In this document: positions 1-12,966 of the stretch, in pieces
How the letters are laid out: each line of letters starts with the position of its first letter
How positions within the stretch are numbered: the stretch's first letter is position 1
Source of the DNA: Acipenser ruthenus
Lineage: Eukaryota
Assembly (NCBI RefSeq): GCF_902713425.1
Contig: NC_081212.1
Location: 10,036,261 to 10,100,260, forward strand
Reading direction: 5' to 3'
DNA: 64,000 nucleotides
Position numbers and translations under genes: made by a program
Notes under the pieces: generated by a model
What the model was told of the DNA's origin: nothing
What the model saw: the letters and a program-made list of their open reading frames with translations, nothing else
Databases searched by the model: none

Positions 1-68
1 AGTTGTAATTAGTGCCTGGTATAAACTGCAGTCTGGGTTACGTGCTTCCCTTTGGTTTTCTTTGTCAG

Positions 69-239
69 ATTGCCTTGCAGGTGATACGGATGGTCTCGCC
101 GGGCTGCAGCTCTGTCTCTGTGAAGTGGCAGCAGTTCAACCCCAACGCCTCCCAGCCTGTCCAGGCCCCGGCACAGCTGCACTCTGTGTTTAGTGGCAAT
201 CAGCTTCTCGTTTATGGATTTGTGCCTCACTGTACACAG
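69..239 (+). CDS. Host-gene exon (phase 0-0), peptide IALQVIRMVSPGCSSVSVKWQQFNPNASQPVQAPAQLHSVFSGNQLLVYGFVPHCTQ
   Basis: ORF in frame of 12..344; acceptor ttttctttgtcag at 56-68; donor CACAG|gtaagc at 239/240. Confidence 0.45.
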
Positions 240-681
240 GTAAGCCTCAATTTACTAACCTTTCAACAACACTGCTTCGCTGCTGTGTGTTTGATGCCAG
301 CCATAAATAAGTTATTCCATTACATTCTTCAGTCAGATTTCTGATATGTTAACCAATGCAGCAGGTTGACACTCTGTTGATTTTGCTACGTTTTGACTGG
401 ATACATTCAGCCTGATTTTCAGAAGGTGCATTTTTAAAGAGAAAATAGAGGTTGCAATGCATTTTCACCAAGTTTTTTTTTTTGCCACCTAATGGTACGT
501 CTCGATTTTCAACAGGGGCAGGTTCATTTCTTGTACTCGCAAAGCCCTTTGCGACTCCTGCTTATGAGTGAACAACAATTGATTTTCAGGTTCATTAACA
601 AAGCCAACTAGTCACATTTCAATAGTCTGGACTTCCATTTAACTGGAAAACAACGAGGCAGCACACATGTAGTCACAACAA

Positions 682-897
682 TTGGAAAAAAGAAAAGAGA
701 AATTCATTCTTAGCACCCAAGTTGAGCTTTTGCTTGATGATATTTTAGCACATCAAACTATTCTTTTTGGCAAAAGGTCCAGAGCCACTGCTAAATTTAA
801 AATATGGAAGGATGTAACTGAAAAAATAAATGCAACCTGTTCCATAAAAAGGTCAAAAAAAGAAGTCCAAAAAAGATTCTGGGACCTAAAGTTGTGA
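682..897 (+). pseudogene. Fragment of a Myb/SANT (MADF)-like TE-associated ORF (ELLLDDILAHQTILFGK...KFKIWKDVTEKINA...KKEVQKRFWDLK) running into a SINE-type tail (gtctctaaattgctttggataaaagcgtctgcc at 903-950)
   Basis: W..V...N...KK..KRFWDLK spacing typical of Myb/SANT-like DNA-binding domains carried by DNA transposons; adjacent conserved SINE tail motif. Confidence 0.3.
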
Positions 898-1988
898 TGC
901 ACCCCTTAGTCTCTAAATTGCTTTGGATAAAAGCGTCTGCCAACCTCCACTTATAAGCCTCTGTTCGAGTTTTCTGAACGAAGCACTGTTCTCTCCATGA
1001 TAAATGAGTTGTGGCATGAGCCAGGGTACTTGGCATCTACATCCATGATAATACATTGAGCATCACATCAAACTTGCACAGGTAAAGAATGATGATGTTT
1101 TCATTCCTTGATCTGGGGATATTGTAACATGTGTGCAGTCTATTACACCGAGCACGTTTGGGAAGCCAGACAACTAATAATGTTTGTGTTTGGTTCTATT
1201 TTGTTTCACATCCCCAATTGGAAATAATCTATATCCTTGCCCTATGGAAAAGTGCTTCTGTGACATCAGTCAGTATTTTGCCTGATCTGTCCCCAGCTGT
1301 TGTCTGGATGGCACCCGTTGCATGAAAATGAAGTAACCTTTACAGGTACAGGTATGGCATGACTGCGGGCTGTTTGTGATTTCTAAATCAAACTTAAGCA
1401 GATCACACAACTTTGTTATAGTGCCTATATCCAATCTGTATCTATGCATAACTTGTTTTAGAGTTAGATCTAGAAATGTCTGACAGGGATGAAATATTCT
1501 GGGTTCAGTGTAGGGTCGTTTTTTCCTCCTCCCTTCCCTCTCGTACTGCAGTTGAAGAATTGGAAATGCTTCGATATTCTCTGTTGTAGATTACAGCTCA
1601 GCAGCCCTGTCAGCGATCACAGTTCAAGACACGAGAGGGGGGCGTGTCTTAATTACAGAGTGTATTTTGGTGTTTTGCACCTTTTAAAAATAAGGCATTA
1701 TTTGCAAAATAGAACCAATTATGAATTTCAATTGCTTAACAAGCTGTAATGCGAGTGTATCTTCAAAAAAGCGCAAAGCCTAAAATTCCATTGCGCCTCC
1801 ACTGACTTACACGACTTTTGCAAATACATTTTGCAACTTATCTGGAGTCGCAAAAGTGTTTTGCGATCTGTTTTTCCTCTGCCCCTTTTGAAAATCAGGC
1901 TGATTATGTGATTTCTATATAAACCTTAAATGCACTGTTTGAAAGAAGTCCTCCCACTGTTTGTTTGTTTGTTTGTTTTTCCCTCAAG

Positions 1989-2069
1989 GCCACTCTGTCT
2001 GGTGTGGTCAGCAATCAGGAGATTCAAACAATGGTTTCAACCACCGAGCTCCAGAAGACTAAAGGCACA
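1989..2069 (+). CDS. Host-gene exon, 81 nt, ATLSGVVSNQEIQTMVSTTELQKTKGT
   Basis: (GTTT)n/pyrimidine tract then ccctcaag|GCC acceptor; donor CACAG|gtaagg; length is a multiple of 3 and in phase with neighbouring exons. Confidence 0.4.
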
Positions 2070-2551
2070 GTAAGGGATTTATCTAGAATCTAATGGCACT
2101 TGTTAGAGAGTTCCTTAGAGTAGCACCCTGCAGTAGAAAACATACCTGCGAGTACATATGTCACATACTTACATACTCACATTTTTATATTCAGTTTATA
2201 TAGTTGATTCCATTATAATGAAATTTGGCAAGGATTTATTTAGCACCAGTAATACAGCGAATCAGGTTGTATCTGTGCCCCTCTGGAAGTATATACATCA
2301 GTATGTCTCGCTTCATCTGTACAACTGATACTGAGAACCGATACTTTTGTTCTTGTTGCACCAGAAGAATTGAAGCAAAATTCTTTAGAAAAATCAATTG
2401 TACATAGAAATAAGAGTATCCCTAATCCAGTTACCAATTCTTTAAGATTTTCTTCAGGATAAATACTTTTTAAATGAAACATTTCATAGAAGACATCATT
2501 ACAACTACATTACATTGACTTGCTGTGGCTTTCCTCTTTGTTATTCTGCAG

Positions 2552-2690
2552 ATGCTTCACAAGCTCACGGCGAGAGCCATCATAAGAGATTATGAATACG
2601 GAAATCTTCATACAGATGAAACGGAACATGAGGCTAGTCTTGGCAAAATCACCCTCAGAAACACTGTTGATAACTCTTTTATGATAATGT
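2552..2690 (+). CDS. Possible host exon (MLHKLTARAIIRDYEYGNLHTDETEHE...); 3' end undefined
   Basis: Good acceptor ttgttattctgcag|ATG; open frame to 2731 but no convincing in-frame GT donor. Confidence 0.2.
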
Positions 2691-3188
2691 ATTTGTTTGT
2701 TGATTTTGATTTGCTTTTACCCCATATGTAACAGCTGGGTGAATCTGTACACAGACACACAGGTAAACCACAATCACTGCTGGGATATGAGCCCAGAAGT
2801 GTTAGGGCCATATTCATAAAGAGTGTGTTTTGCGCATGGCTAGTTATTTAGCACAAGGTTAATTTAGCGCAGTTGCTTTTCTTACTGATTCGTAAAGGGG
2901 TTTATGCATCAGCTATGCGGCTGCTGCTTTTTTAGTATGTTATTTGGCCTCTCCTAAATTAATAACATATCTGAGCCAGTTGACATACGCTAATTTTCAG
3001 GTTTGTTTTATAACATCCTTTTTTGTGATGTTATAAAACAAATAGCCATCTCTAAATCAGTCTCTCCAGAGCAGCAGCACAAACCTGCTGTGCAAGAGGC
3101 TGCAGAAAACAAGAAATGAACATCAAACTCATGTCAGAAGAAACGGAGAGGCAACGCAAACCAACATTTTCCTTTGATTAGCTTCACA

Positions 3189-3222
<34 letters not shown>

Positions 3223-3448
3223 TATTTTTTAGCCGACGCCCTTATCCAGGGCGACTTACAATTGTTACAAGATATCACATTATTTTTACATACAATTACC
3301 CATTTATACAGTTGGGTTTTTACTGGCGCAATCTAGGTAAAGTACCTTTCTCAAGAGTACAACAGCAGTGTCCCCCACTGGGGGATTGAACCCACAACGC
3401 TCCGGTCAAGAGTCCAGAGCCCTAACCACTACTCCACACTGCTGCCCA
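3189..3448 (-). mobile_element. tRNA-derived SINE with (AAT)n tail (seen as (ATT)n at 3190-3232) and tail motif gtcgccctggataagggcgtcggctaa
   Basis: On minus strand: tRNA-like head with box A/B (tggttagggc ... gggttcaatcccc), body, conserved tail, microsatellite tail. Confidence 0.7.
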
Positions 3449-3799
3449 TATTAAACAAAGTACAGCAGTCCCTCACTACACCAGACCAATTTATTTTAAA
3501 TGTACAAGCCATTACATACAATCAACTTTCTTTTTATTTGTAAAAAACAATAGACTTCAAATTCAGAATGTTGCGTTTCAAATCATTGGAGTCCATCAGC
3601 ATTTCTGAGAGCTTCTCACCATTCCGTTCGACTGCAGCTAGTTTAAACTCTGTAGAGTATGAGTTTATATTCCCTCCGTTAATCATGCACTGTACTTCAT
3701 TGTAGTGATTTAGTAGCTACTTGTATCTGTTCAGTTTTTGTTTTCATCCTGTTTTGGTGTCAGTATAACAATAGTTTGTTTGCCTTCTGATTTGTATAG

Positions 3800-3895
3800 G
3801 TAAGAAAAGCAGCACTGAAGTCCTTTGTCATTGACCTCAGCAAGGAGTACTCCATCGTGACTCAATACACAAGCTTTGTAGCAATTGAAAAAAGG
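3800..3895 (+). CDS. Host-gene exon, 96 nt, VRKAALKSFVIDLSKEYSIVTQYTSFVAIEKR (resembles post-vWA motif of VIT/vWA proteins)
   Basis: Pyrimidine tract + tatag acceptor; donor AAAAGG|gtaagt; multiple of 3. Confidence 0.45.
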
Positions 3896-5961
3896 GTAAG
3901 TGTGTAAGGAATAACTTCAGGAGGGAGTTCTCTTCGTGCTAGGTTGCAGAATTTAAAAATATACACTTATATAATTTTTCAAATCCTTTATACTCAATTA
4001 TGAATGCTATTTTGTGAATCAGTATTTTATCTGAGCTTCATTTTCATTACAAGAGGTCAATAGCCACTAATGTGTACACCCTCACAAAAGTGCAGCAGCC
4101 GTGGCAAAACTTACACTGTCAAAACAACAAACAAAAAAAACTGACCTTTCTCTGTACCATCTTCAGACTAAATGAGCTGTAGCGCTTGTGTCTGAGTTGT
4201 AACGGGTCACCAAAATTGGGACTTGAGTCGAGTCATTGGGGAGTAAAGACTTGAGTCGATTCCAGTCTTTGACATGTCAAGCTCGAGTCACTTCGAGTCA
4301 TTCGTTCTGACAGTTCAATATATCTTGATTTAATCAGATTAGCAATCTGTACATAAAAAAAAGAAATGTTAAAAATCCAGAATTAGAATGCACAATAATG
4401 TGGTCATACTCATCCCACTTATTTAATTTCATGTTGAGATATTACTTCAATGTTCAACACCATAGGAGACAAATAGAAAACATTTATATAATTCAGTTTT
4501 CTATAATTCACAGGTAACATAGAATCATGTTACCTGTGAAACATTTAAGTAACAGATACGGTTTCACAAAAGCACAAAACATAATAAAAAGGTGTGTTAT
4601 GGATTCCTAACGGCATTATAAAGCATTATACTGTACTGAAAAAAGAACAGAAACAAATTAATCTTTTAAACTTTCTCTCTGGTCACGTCTTTAATATACA
4701 TATACATCAAACTTTAACTTAAAGTATAAGATGTGACCGGAAAGAAAGAAAAACAAAAGTTTTAAGCCTTAGCTTACTTGAACTAAGACTTTAAACACAA
4801 ACCTCTAGTTTCACAGACCCTGATTAGCACTGACCTTGGACTACCTAATATTAGTTTAGGTAAACTTCCAAATGTTTGTAGTTTTTATTAGTTTGCTTCA
4901 GCTTAATAAATATGTACTGTAAACAATGTTTTCTTCAGAATTGGATTTAAAAGGGAAATTTAAAAATAGCTACAAAGCACCAACTACCTTAAGAGAGATG
5001 GTGTCTGTAAATAAATAGATAAAATACATACAACCATACATACATACATAAACTAAAAAGAGAATAGTGAGCACCAAATACTTCCAAATTATTTACTTTT
5101 CAAGCTTTCACTAGGCAAAATTTTACTTATTAGAAACATTTTCCATACATTCATTACCTTTATTTGTGTGCTAACAAAACCTGAAAAATAACTCCTGATC
5201 AGTGCTTTTTCTGCTGGAATTATTATTATTTTAAAAATATCAAATATCGACCTACCTTATTTTGGAAAAATACAGCTGTTGCATTTTGCTTCATTTTAGC
5301 CGTTGAAAAAAAAAATAAAAGCCTACCGGTATAAATTAGTGGCAGTCACCGGTGCTATGTTTTGAATGCAGTTCATTCATATTGTCGCTTTACAGTGTCT
5401 TCTATAGCTGCTTGTAGTCACTGACAACATGAATAAATGCTAATGATTTGAATTTGACAATTTATTGAATTTGCTGTTACTGTTACTTTTTTTTTTAATG
5501 TATTGAATTGACTTTTATCAACAACAGCAATATAGTAGATGATTTGATACTTTTAATTTATTGAAATTGAGTGTTATTGTCACTGGCAACAGGAATACTT
5601 GCTAATGCCTTGGGTTCATATTTTTGCAAGTTATTGACTGAGGGAGTAAATACTAAGAAATGGTATACATTTATTACGTGATTTATTAAGCTGAAATATT
5701 GAAGCACAAATAAATGCACTTGAAAATGATACTTGAAATTTGCAATCCATGTAATTTGGTCACATTGTGGCCCACGGTCCCACAGTAGCCTTGCGGTGCG
5801 GTCCTCTGCTCTGTAAACTTTGGGCACCCCCTGTTTTAACTAGTCTTTAATTGTTTCTTATTTGCTAATGAAGTTTGAAGTAAATGTGTTGCAGATCACA
5901 GCCAGTAGTACGTGATCCTCTTTAACATGGAGTTCTAGAAGTGTTTCTTTTCTCTGTTTAG

Positions 5962-6087
5962 GGTGAGAATGAAACAACAGAAGGGATTGATGCAGTGACT
6001 ACAGATGAACGGATTGCAGAGGAGGATGTGGACTTTTTACCTTATTTAACATGGGAAAGAGCAGAGGACGACTTTGGCGAGTCCTTG
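5962..6087 (+). CDS. Host-gene exon, 126 nt, GENETTEGIDAVTTDERIAEEDVDFLPYLTWERAEDDFGESL
   Basis: Acceptor ttctctgtttag|G; donor CTTG|gtatgt; multiple of 3. Confidence 0.45.
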
Positions 6088-6282
6088 GTATGTTATTGTT
6101 TTAATTGCAGTCCACTGTGTAGTTTATTATTAATGCTAATCTTTGAAGCTAGTTTGAATGTATGCTTGTGAACAGGATGGCTCAGGCCTGGAAACACACA
6201 GACAACAGTCTTGGTGAGTGAAAAGCTGCTGCACAGAATTCTTATCAATAAAAAGTTTAAACAGAAAACAAAACACTTGCCC

Positions 6283-6775
6283 AAAACAAGACGGCACGGC
6301 GGCCAAAACAGACAGACACTAAACAAACACGGTGAGACAAACCCAAAACAAGTAACGTGTTGATTTAAAATTATTGTCATTCTTTTTAGTTCTCTTTACC
6401 TCCCGATTCCCATTCTTTCCTCCCCGTACACCCAACCCAGAGTAAGTGATTCGTGCCTATACATACATACATACATACATACATACATACATACATACAT
6501 CTGTGCCGGGACTCAATTACTAATTAATCATTCACTTGAATCCCGGGATGTGAACTATTTTGTGCAATCTCCGTGCCCACATACTAATAGACACTTTATC
6601 TGCACATGAAGTGATTGTGCAATCCCTGTGCCTAAATACAAATATACATTCTAAATAACTTGTGCTACATAGCCCAATTTATACCCCGTGCACCAATATA
6701 CATAAACCAACAATAACATACCGCAAACATAAAACACAAAATATGCATAGAGACGGGGCACCTTGCCACATATCT
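6283..6775. repeat. Copy 1 of a locally duplicated ~0.5-kb segment containing a (CATA)n microsatellite at 6463-6500
   Basis: Colinear near-identical match to 7460-7579 + 8050-8375. Confidence 0.7.
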
Positions 6776-6779
6776 TCCC

Positions 6780-7440
6780 CCCATAAAAACCCAACTGTCC
6801 CGGTCATTGTCCTGGGCCTGGAACAGAGGCATCACTGGGCCCATGGGCAGCAATGCTGTCAGCGGAAATGCTGACTGAGGCAAGGCTGGCTCCTTCAGCC
6901 AGGGCAATCCTGGCAGCGGAAATGCTATGCTCTTGACAACACTGGCAGCAGAAATGCTGACAGTGGAGCGAGGTCCACCTCCCGTGGCACCACTGGCAGT
7001 GGAAAGGCTGCCAGTGGCAATGCTGGTAGCTGCAAGGCTGGCTCCTCCAGCCCAAGTGTTTCTGGCAGCAGACATGCTGGCGGTGTAGGCTCGGCAGCCC
7101 CAAGCGATGCAGGCTTTGCAGGCTCGGGCAGGAGTTGATCCTTGGGAGGCAACGCAGTAGCTGATCCTTGAGAGGTAGCTTTAGCTCCTCTTGTGGTTGT
7201 GAGGGGAGCAACAGGTAGTCTCGCTCTGGTGCTGGAGGTGGGAGCAGCTCTTCTTCCTCTGGCGGCGAAGGCGGGAGCAGCGGGTAGTCTTCCTCTGGCA
7301 GTGGAGGTGAGAACAGCAGGTAGTTTCCCTGTATCACTGGGGACTGGTGCAGCTCTCCCTTGGTCGTGGGGGACTGATGTGGCTCTCCCTGTGTCGCGGG
7401 GGACTGATGCGGCTCTCTGGTGCGGTTCGCTAGTAGTGGT
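6780..7440. repeat. Complex GC-rich minisatellite with ~30-36-bp units (ctggcagcRgaaatgctg...; ggcggcgaaggcgggagcagcgggtagtcttcctct; ggggactgatgYggctctccctgtgtcgcg)
   Basis: Visible tandem periodicity; generates repetitive minus-strand ORFs (REPHQSPATQGEPHQSPTTKG...). Confidence 0.75.
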
Positions 7441-7459
7441 TGCACCACCAAAACACTTC

Positions 7460-7576
7460 TCCCAAAACAAAATGGCATGGTGGCCAAAACAGACAGACAC
7501 TAAACAAACACGGTGAGACAAACCCAAAACAAGTAACGTGTTGATTTGAAATCAGCACGAATAGCAATTGTAATTC

Positions 7577-7608
<32 letters not shown>

Positions 7609-8375
7609 TATTTCTTAGCAGACGCCCTTGTCCAGGGCGACTTAGTCGTAAACAAAAATACATTTCAAGAATCACAGTACAAGTAATAATACAATTAAGA
7701 GCACGATAAATACAATGACTTTGTTTCTAGCAAGTACAAGTATGACAAAATACGATTCAATAATGGAACAGATAACAGTGATAGTTACATCAGGATATAA
7801 TTAAATACAAAATACTACAGATTAAATAACACTTGACAGATTACAGTACTCTAAAGTACAGGATTAAATGCAGTAAAATGGGCAGATAAGAGCAAGTAAA
7901 GAGTTCTACAAGTGCTGTCTAAAGAGGTGAGTCTTGAGGAGGCGCCTGAAGGTGGTCAGGGACTGGGCAGTCCTGACATCTGTGGGAAGGTCATTCCCTC
8001 ACTCCGGGGCGAGGGTGGAGAAGGAGCGGGCTCTGGAGGCCGGGGAGCCTTTTTAGTTCTCTTTACCTCCCGACTCCCGTTCTCTCCTTACCGAACACCC
8101 AAGCCTGAGTGAGTGACTCAGTTGCTAATTAATTATTCACTTGAATCCCAGCACGTGAACTAATCCCCGTGCTCACATACTATTACACACTTTATCTGCA
8201 TGTGAAGTGATTGTGCAGTCCCCGTGCCTAAATACAAATATACATTTTAAATCACTCGCTACATAGCCCAACATATACCCCGTGCACCAATATATACACA
8301 CACTAACAGTAACACACCATACAACATAAAACACAAAATACACATGGGCAGGGCACCCCGACACAAGGCTAAATT
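7460..8375. repeat. Copy 2 of the duplicated segment, split by a SINE-like insertion
   Basis: 7460-7579 and 8050-8375 are colinear with 6283-6775. Confidence 0.7.
7580..8049 (-). mobile_element. SINE-like retroposon (different body from the 3189 SINE, same tail motif ttagcagacgcccttgtccagggcgactt + (ATT)n) inserted into duplicate copy 2
   Basis: Interrupts an otherwise colinear duplicate; putative TSD cttttta on both sides. Confidence 0.5.
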
Positions 8376-9037
8376 GATTATTGTTCCTTAAAGAAAGTAC
8401 AATTTTCCCTATACTGGTGCATGACAACCTGCAATTTACAATACATTCAAACTAGTTTCAAGGATTAATTACCTTCTATATGCATTAAATCTACCACACA
8501 CATTGCATTGTTAGAATAGCTGTTAGAAAAAGCCAAAAGTGGATCTAAGTGAAGTGACTGATGTGAATAAGTGGATGTATTCTTATGAGCAGGGATCCTA
8601 GGACTACGTTGATTTTTTACGATAACATGGAAAAACACGGAGTTAATGTTTTTAGAGATTTTAGTTTTACATTTGGGGAGGGACAAATAACATGCAAGGC
8701 TTGTTTTGTTTGTTTGATAATAATCAAACCAATACACATAATATATATAAACATTAACACAGGCAACTTTGCTTTAAATTTACGGTTCACTTTACTTCAG
8801 TATTCAGAGCTGTTCAAAGATAAACAATAAAAATCGAAAACAATAAAAATCACCCCTAAAGATCATGTCTGTGAGTTTGGCAAGGATGAATTTCACGTCG
8901 ATGGTAATGTGCTGTTACACTCATAGGTAGACCATTGTAGAACACAAAAAAGGTACATTTGTTTGTGTTATTGATTAATGGCACTGGTAAGCTTGTAACT
9001 TGCTTAGAATTTAAAAGTGTAACCATTTTAATTTTGT

Positions 9038-9200
9038 ATTTATTTAGTAGACGTATTTTATCCAAAGTGACTTATACGTGTTACACTGTAATACAAGGTT
9101 ACAGTTCAAGAATAATTCAAGTTATAAACTAAAATACAACAGAGAGACACAGCAAGTGTAACAAGAACAACAATAAATACTTCCTGTGGTAACTGTTACC
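9038..9200 (-). repeat. SINE tail fragment (atttagtagacgtattttatccaaagtgacttatacg)
   Basis: Matches the tail motif of the SINEs at 3189 and 7580. Confidence 0.3.
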
Positions 9201-9500
9201 CAGTAGCACTGTTTGTGCGTCTTGTAATGTGGCAGGGAAAACTCATTTTTAGCTCTTTTATTTTATTTGCAGAATAACATAGATTTCTTTTTTTTCCCCC
9301 CCGAGAATTTAATTTTTTTTATTGTGGAAAACTAGGATTCCTGCTTATGAGTGACATAATTCTGTTATGCCATCTGGAAGTCATGCAGACAATTTAAGGT
9401 CTTAGAGTATATTAGTTATTTAATGTTATGTGTTTTTAAAAGACTTTACCAAATATTTCAACTGCACTAATTAAATTAGGCATTTTCCATGGACAAACAG

Positions 9501-9632
9501 GAAGAAGAATTATCCCTCTGTGGCAGCCAAAATGTTCCCACATCAGATTATATGTGGATAGAAGAAGGAGGAGATGCTGTTGAACTTCAGACAAGTTTAT
9601 GGAGGGATCCTAAACATCACGATGCCTTTGCG
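9501..9632 (+). CDS. Candidate host exon, 132 nt, EEELSLCGSQNVPTSDYMWIEEGGDAVELQTSLWRDPKHHDAFA
   Basis: aaacag|GAAGAA acceptor (weak pyrimidine tract); donor TTTGCG|gtaaag; open frame of 44 codons. Confidence 0.3.
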
Positions 9633-10320
9633 GTAAAGATTTACTTTATTATTAACATTTAGTTGTTTCAATACACTGCTTACACCAGTGACATTCATAG
9701 GCACTCGATCATCCAGAAAGAGTTTGCAAAACATCCAGAAAGTATAGTTTCAAGGGATGTACACACACCTGGCAAACAAGCCATTAAACCTATCGGATGT
9801 ACTGGAAACACACAGCCTAACCACAGACATGCATGTGTTCTACAGTTCATCTGAATATTAATGCAGTTTTAAAAGTTACTTTAGTGTACATTCCCAGTGG
9901 GAGATAAATACCTGTGAATAAAAATCCATCGAGAGGCTTCCTGTGAAAGGAGTGTTACTGAACAGACTGAAAAGTTTACAACAAAACCTCTTTCTTTGCT
10001 GCTGTGTTGTATGCATTTACAGGGTCGGATTCAAGGGGGGACATTGGGACATAACTCCAGGGCCCACCAAAACAAAAAACTTATATATTTTTTTTTAAAT
10101 AAAAGTAGTACTGTTTATTCATATTATCATTTAAATCATCAATACTACTTGCATGAATTACTGTTTTAATAGATTATTTTAATTTCATACTCCAACGTTT
10201 CCCCGTCTGACATGGATGCACGCCCTGCCATCACACTCATGGTGCACTACCCTGCTCGCCCCACTCCACTGCATGTCCTATAGCTTGCACATCAAAGTGA
10301 TGCAGCCAAGAAAAGGGTAC

Positions 10321-10348
10321 AGTTTTTTTTTTTTTTTTTTTTTTTTAC
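10321..10348. repeat. poly(T) tract of about 28 nt
   Basis: Direct reading. Confidence 0.9.
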
Positions 10349-10599
10349 TGTTAAGTATGGAAAAACTGAGAGGCACAGCTAAATGCAAGAAACAAAAAGA
10401 AAAGCAATCGAATGAAAAATTGTTTACTTGCTAAACTACCCAAATTATCACATTTTGGGTTTAAATCCTTGCAAGAGGATGATTTTACAGCACAAAAATT
10501 CATAACCAATAACCGTGACGGCGCCATTGCTAAACTGCAGTGCAAAAAAGTTGAAGTCGTCACCTTCCAAGAAGCATTTTTAAACACACGCTGCGGAAT

Positions 10600-12720
10600 G
10601 GGGAAGTCGTCGTTTGTGAGTGGTTGCTGTCCTTGCCTTCTGTTTTACTTTGTGTGCAGGGAATGAAACTCTTGGCTCACCACATAACGGAAACTATCTT
10701 GGAATTGTGGAATTTATTTCCCAGTTTGATCCGTTCCAGTTGGATCACCTTGCTGGGTTGGGAAATCCAGGAAGTGGAACCTCATCATATCGATTCTCCA
10801 GTATCCCCAGAGCTCATTGGACTGATGGGGGCAGCGCTCCAGATAAGGGTTTGGGTCTGGTACCCTCTAATGTTAACACTGAGAGACTAAAATGTACTTT
10901 CAGCAGGTAAATGCAACATTACCTTGAAGTCATGAGTAATCTCGATAAATACTGTACAATCTTTAATGGGAATGGGGTAGGCATTAAAAAAAGAGCCTTC
11001 TATTTTAACTGCAATGTTACTTTGAACTCCTGCACAACCACGTGTGTGTTCTACAAGGTTCTTTATCGGTGCAGCGCATTTTATTCGAGGTGTCACACTG
11101 ACTGTAAATTAATTACGTTATATTTTAACATATTTTTTAATGCGTAGATTGCTGTATGTGGAATTATTATGACAGCCCCACAATAGTAAGGCAGTGTAAA
11201 TATATTTTATTTTATCGTATTTTTATACAGGGCAGTATTTACTGTAAATAGGCAGTTAAGAGTGGGGAACTGTACGTTACAGTTACTGCCGCTAACGAGA
11301 AATTATGGTAACAATTATTTTTCTGTGCAAAGCAGCTAATATTTAATAAAAAAATCTGTACGTAGTTAAAACATGATTTATACTATAATTGATATACATC
11401 TATTTGAGTTGTTTTATTAATGTGTATCTGTAATAAATAAATAAAACAAAATTTGTGAAAAATAAAACGAAAAATTATAAAAAATAAAAATAATTTCCCA
11501 GGGCCTTACATATGACTGTAGCACCCTTCATCAGGAACGTTCCCTCCCCCGCTACAGCATCAAATATGTCTGGAAAATACAAAGGCGTCCAAGCCTGGCT
11601 AAAAGAAATAAACCCACGCTGTTTATATTCTATGTTCTGGACATTCATTACATTTGGTTGGAAACAAAGCAGCTGGATGCCATGTGGATGCCATGTCTTT
11701 CTTTGGGATTCTGTCAGGAATATTGATGGGAAATACATTGGTCTAAAGTGATTGTCAAACACAAAGGGCATTTTAGAAAGGATATTCACAGATAAAGAAT
11801 GCTGTGGACACGGTCGCTCAAGATACAGACCATCAACTACCAGAAAGCAGACGTATGGCTATACACTTCAGCAGTCTGGTGGACCACATAGAAACGGTCA
11901 TTCTTGCGGACTTGTGGGAACAATCCTAGAGAGATTTAACAAAACAATTAAGTAAAATCGAAGCACAAGACCTTGAACTGTCACAGGGGGTTAAATTCCT
12001 GGACTCTAAAATCGTCTCTTCAACACATTCGTGATGATTTCGAAGAACATGCAATGGAAATAGCAGTTGTGAAGACATACCGGGAGAGACGACTGCCCGG
12101 TACTCTGCAGGATGGACCGAGCCACACTGAAGTGCGTCTCCAAGGCAGAGAGAGAGTTTATGTAGAGGCTTTCACAAAAATCCTTCACACCCTTCCAATG
12201 CATTGCCAGCACCAAACAAAAGCCTAATGTCAAGAGTGTACACAACTTGTTTGGCTTTCTGAGTTTCAAAATATGTCAGCATTTGACATTCAGAAGAGTG
12301 CAGCTGCTCTCATGGCCACTTCTCCTTCAGATCGGGATGAATGTTTCTCAGTTGAAATGCTCACATTTGTTGTGGATAAGGAGAAGAGGGCCACTTGGTC
12401 TCATTTTGAATACTCCTGTGATTTCTACATGTTCCCAATGTCGCCACGGCCTTGTGCATGTGGCTTTCCTTGATGTGCACCATCTGCTCCAGCAAGCGGT
12501 CATTCTCTCGTATGAGACTCCTCAAGAATGAGCTGGGATGCTACCCGGCAGCGAGTATTGAGGATTTTGCTTGTGTGTGTCGGGGAGGGGAAGACCTTTT
12601 CTCCTCTTATGTCCCAGGGGCAAAGATACTTAAATCCGGCCTTGTGTATTCCTGCAGCATCTTCAGATGTTATATCGTATTACTTGTTTGTTCAAAATCT
12701 TCAATTCACTGTTTAACGCA
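10600..12720 (+). pseudogene. Degraded hAT (Charlie/Buster-like) transposase, multiply frameshifted
   Basis: GNYLGIVEFISQFDPFQLDHL (matches the ENFLGILELLAKYDPVLKEHL motif), ...SSYRFSSI, ELIGLMGAAL, NMSGKYKGVQAWLKEINPRCLY (SGxxxGVxAxIKExxPxAxYxHC region), C-terminal ATSPSDRDECFSVEML (hAT dimerisation domain, hATC-like). Confidence 0.55.
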
Positions 12721-12840
12721 GGGTTTATTCACCTTTTTTAATCAAGCTCAGTTGAGCAAAACTATGCTATCTGGTAAATTTCATGCCATACTGTTTTATC
12801 TTTTGGCCATATGAATGCTACAGATATTTTCTCACAAATG

Positions 12841-12966
12841 CATTGTGCTTCATGTTTTCATTCCCCTTACATTATTCACATGCATTGTGCTTCATGTTTT
12901 CATTCCCCTTACATTATTCACATGCATTGTGCTTCATGTTTTCATTCCCCTTACATTAATCCCCTG
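12841..12966. repeat. Minisatellite, 42-bp unit x3 (cattgtgcttcatgttttcattccccttacattattcacatg)
   Basis: Three near-identical tandem units. Confidence 0.9.

Noticed and set aside
3800-5975. Exon starts GTAAGAAAAG (3800) and GGTGAGAATG (5962) that look like splice donors
   Set aside because: I considered that these are donors rather than exon starts, but each is preceded by a pyrimidine tract plus AG, and the downstream ORFs end at strong donors in phase, so I kept them as exon starts with moderate confidence.
6665-7527. Long minus-strand ORFs (227, 200, 136 aa) and a 107-aa plus-strand ORF
   Set aside because: They are translations of the GC-rich minisatellite (repetitive QSP/ATS/LPA peptides in every frame) and lack splice or start context, so they are not genes.
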